In this document: positions 61,395 to 64,000 of the stretch, piece after piece | Position numbering within the stretch: position 1 is the stretch's first letter | How the letters are laid out: each line of letters starts with the position of its first letter | Source of the DNA: Chiloscyllium plagiosum | Taxonomy: Eukaryota | Assembly (NCBI RefSeq): GCF_004010195.1 | Contig: NC_057718.1 | Coordinates: forward strand, 37,943,152 to 38,007,151 | Reading direction: 5' to 3' | DNA: 64,000 nucleotides | Position numbers and translations under genes: made by a program | Notes under the pieces: generated by a model | What the model was told of the DNA's origin: nothing | The model's input: only the letters and a program-made list of their open reading frames with translations | The model's database searches: none

Positions 61395-64000
61395 GTGAAA
61401 GCAACAGGGAGTATGGAGGTAAATGGCAAGATAAGCAGCAGGATAGCATGTTTCCAGGCAGATTTAAAATTGAGGCAGACTGAGAATACAGTAAAAAGCA
61501 AGGATAACTTAGGACATATGACTTCCAACATCTCTAATGATAAGGAAGTTAGCATTAAGGCACTTTACCTGAATGCTCGTAGCATTCATAACAAAGCCGA
61601 TGAACTAATGGCACAGATAATAGTGAATGATTATGATGTAGTAGGCATCACAGAAACTTGGTTACAGGAGGGTCAGGACTGGCAGTTAAACCTCCATGGT
61701 CTTTCAACTTATCGAAAAGACAGAGAGGTGGGCAAAGGGGGTGGGGTTGCCTTGTTAGTTAAGAACAAAATTAAATCTATGATATTGAATGACATAGCGT
61801 CGGATGATGTGGAGTCTGTGTGGGTGGAATTGAAGAACCACAAAGGCAAAAAAAACATAATTGGAGTTGTGTATAGACCCCCTAACAGTGGTCAGGACCA
61901 GGGACATAACATGTACCGGGAAATAGAGAAGGCATGTCAGAAAGGCAAGGTTACATTGATCATGGGAGACTTCAATATGCAGGTGGACTGGGTAAATAAT
62001 GTTGTTAGTGGATCTAAAGAAAGGGAATTCATGGAATGCTTACAGGATGGATTTTTGGAACAGCTTGTCATGGAGCCCACAAGAGAGCAGGCTATTCTGA
62101 ACCTAGTGCTTTGCAATGAACCAGACTCTATAAAAGATCTTAAAATAAGGGAACCCTTAGGAAGTAGCGACCATAATATGGTAGAGTTCAGTCTGGAGTT
62201 TGAAAGGGAGAAGGCAAAATCGGATGTAATGGTGTAACAGTTGAATAAAGGNNNNNNNNNNNNNNNNNNNNNNNNNNNNNNNNNNNNNNNNNNNNNNNNN
62301 NNNNNNNNNNNNNNNNNNNNNNNNNNNNNNNNNNNNNNNNNNNNNNNNNNNNNNNNNNNNNNNNNNNNNNNNNNNNNNNNNNNNNNNNNNNNNNNNNNNN
62401 NNNNNNNNNNNNNNNNNNNNNNNNNNNNNNNNNNNNNNNNNNNNNNNNNNNNNNNNNNNNNNNNNNNNNNNNNNNNNNNNNNNNNNNNNNNNNNNNNNNN
62501 NNNNNNNNNNNNNNNNNNNNNNNNNNNNNNNNNNNNNNNNNNNNNNNNNNNNNNNNNNNNNNNNNNNNNAGGGCATGAGAGAGGAACTGACGAAAATAGA
62601 CTGGAAGCAGAGCCTAGCAGGGAAGACAGTAGAGCAAAAATGGCAGGGGTTTGTGGGTATAATTGAGGACACAGTACAGAGGTTCATCACCAAGAAAAGA
62701 TTATCCGGGGAGGGATTAGACAGCCATGGCTGACAAAAAGTCAGGAAATGTATCAAAGAAAAAGAGAGATCCTATAAAGTGGCCAAAAGCACTGGGAAAT
62801 CAGAAGATTGGGAAGGCTACAAAAACAGAGGATAACAAAGAGAGAAATAAGGAAGGAGAGGATCAAATATGAAGGTAGGCTAGCCAGTAATAACAGAAAT
62901 GATAGTAAAAGTTTCTTTCAATACGTAAGAAACAAACGACAGGCAAAAGTAGACATTGGGCCACTTCAAACTGATGCTGGAAGGCTAGTGAGGGGAGATA
63001 AGGAAATAGCTGGAGAACGTAAGTACTTTGCATCAGTCTTCACAGTGGAAGACATGAGTAATATCCCAACAATTAAAGGGAGTCAGGGGGCTAAGTTCAG
63101 TATGGTTGCCATTACAAAAGAGGTAGTGCTAGAAAAGCTAAAAGGTTTTAAAATTGACAAATCTCCTGGCCCCGATGGGCTACATCCTAGAGTTCTGAGG
63201 GAGGTGGCTGAGGAAATAGCGGAGGCGTTGGTGGAGATCTTTCAAAAGTCACTGGAGTCAGGGAAAGTCCCGGATGATTGGAAGACTGCTGTTGTAGCCC
63301 CCTTGTTCAAGAAAGGATCAAGACAAAAGATGGAAAATTATAGGCCAATTAGCCTAACCTCGGTTGTTGGTAAAATTCTAGAATCCATCATTAAGGATGA
63401 GGCTTCTAAATTCTTGGAAGAGCAGGGTTGGATTAGAACAAGTCAACGTTGATTTAGTAAGGGGAGGTTGTGCTTGACAAACCTGTTAGAATTCTTTGAA
63501 GAGGTGACAAGTAGGTTAGACCAGGGAAACCCAGTGGATGTGGTCTATCTAGACTTCCAAAAGGCCTTTGATAAGGTGCCACACGGGAGGCTGCTGAGCA
63601 AGGTGAGGGCCCATGGTGTTCAAGGTGAGTTACTAACATGGATTGAGGATTGGCTGTCTGACAGAAGGCAGAGAGTTGGGATAAGAGGTTCTTTTTCGGA
63701 ATGGCAGCCAGTGACAAGCGGTGTCCCGCAGGGTTCAGTGTTGGGGCCGCAGCTGTTCACATTATATATTAATGATCTGGATGAAGGGACTGGGGGCATT
63801 CTAGCGAAGTTTGCCGATGATACAAAGTTAGGTGGACAGGCAGGTAGTACTGAGGAAATGGGGAGGCTGCAGAAGTATCTAGACAGTTTGGGAGAGTGGT
63901 CCAGGAAATGGCAGATGAAGTTCAATGTGAGCAAATGCGAGGTCTTGAACTTTGGAAAAAAGAATACAAGCATGGACTACTTTCTAAACAGTAAGAAAAT
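61395..64000 (+). pseudogene. CR1 ORF2: apurinic-like endonuclease then reverse transcriptase, disrupted
   Basis: YLNARS, ITETWL, YRPPN, GDFN, SDHN; KSPGPDG, YRPISLTS, DFQKAFDKVPH, GVPQGSVLGP, FADD; stops at 62235 and 63450. Confidence 0.9.
62252..62569. other. Assembly gap (318 N)
   Basis: Direct reading. Confidence 0.99.

Larger units (their letters stand above)
60416..64000 (+). mobile_element. Near-full-length CR1 LINE (5' UTR, ORF1, ORF2), running off the window; inactivated
   Basis: Tandem GC-rich 5' UTR, esterase ORF1, endonuclease and RT ORF2 with stops and frameshifts. Confidence 0.93.

Noticed and set aside
163..63973. Most ORFs in the six-frame track as independent genes
   Set aside because: They are short chance ORFs, antisense shadows of CR1 ORF2, SINE read-throughs, or intron-extended UBR2 exons.
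1..64000. Prokaryotic systems (CRISPR array, operon, defence island)
   Set aside because: The window is a spliced vertebrate gene with vertebrate repeats; there is no regularly spaced repeat-spacer array.

Overview
This is eukaryotic genomic DNA, almost certainly from a shark or ray; that call is inferred from HE1-type SINEs plus abundant CR1 and Penelope-like repeats. The window lies entirely inside one minus-strand gene, UBR2 (N-degron pathway E3 ubiquitin ligase). I traced 26 consecutive coding exons from 59045 down to 3008. All have GT-AG boundaries and compatible phases, giving 2801 nt (about 933 aa) without a stop, including the RING-H2 domain; both ends of the gene lie outside the window. 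The introns are packed with CR1 and L2 LINE relics, five HE1-like V-SINEs, LTR-like and MITE-like relics, and one near-full-length CR1 (esterase ORF1, endonuclease/RT ORF2). Main findings: (1) at least six short fold-back Penelope-type insertions from three sequence families, most flanked by target-site duplications (TSDs), carrying minimal hammerhead-ribozyme cores, best seen in a 190-bp zero-spacer palindrome at 59984-60173; (2) a CR1 5' UTR made of two tandem monomers, the second being the exactly spliced version of the first (89-nt GT-AG intron removed); (3) a locally templated 36-bp insertion at a LINE 5' junction; (4) inverted SINEs bracketing a frame-preserving 213-nt exon pair. Repeat boundaries are approximate and family names come from recognition, not database searches.
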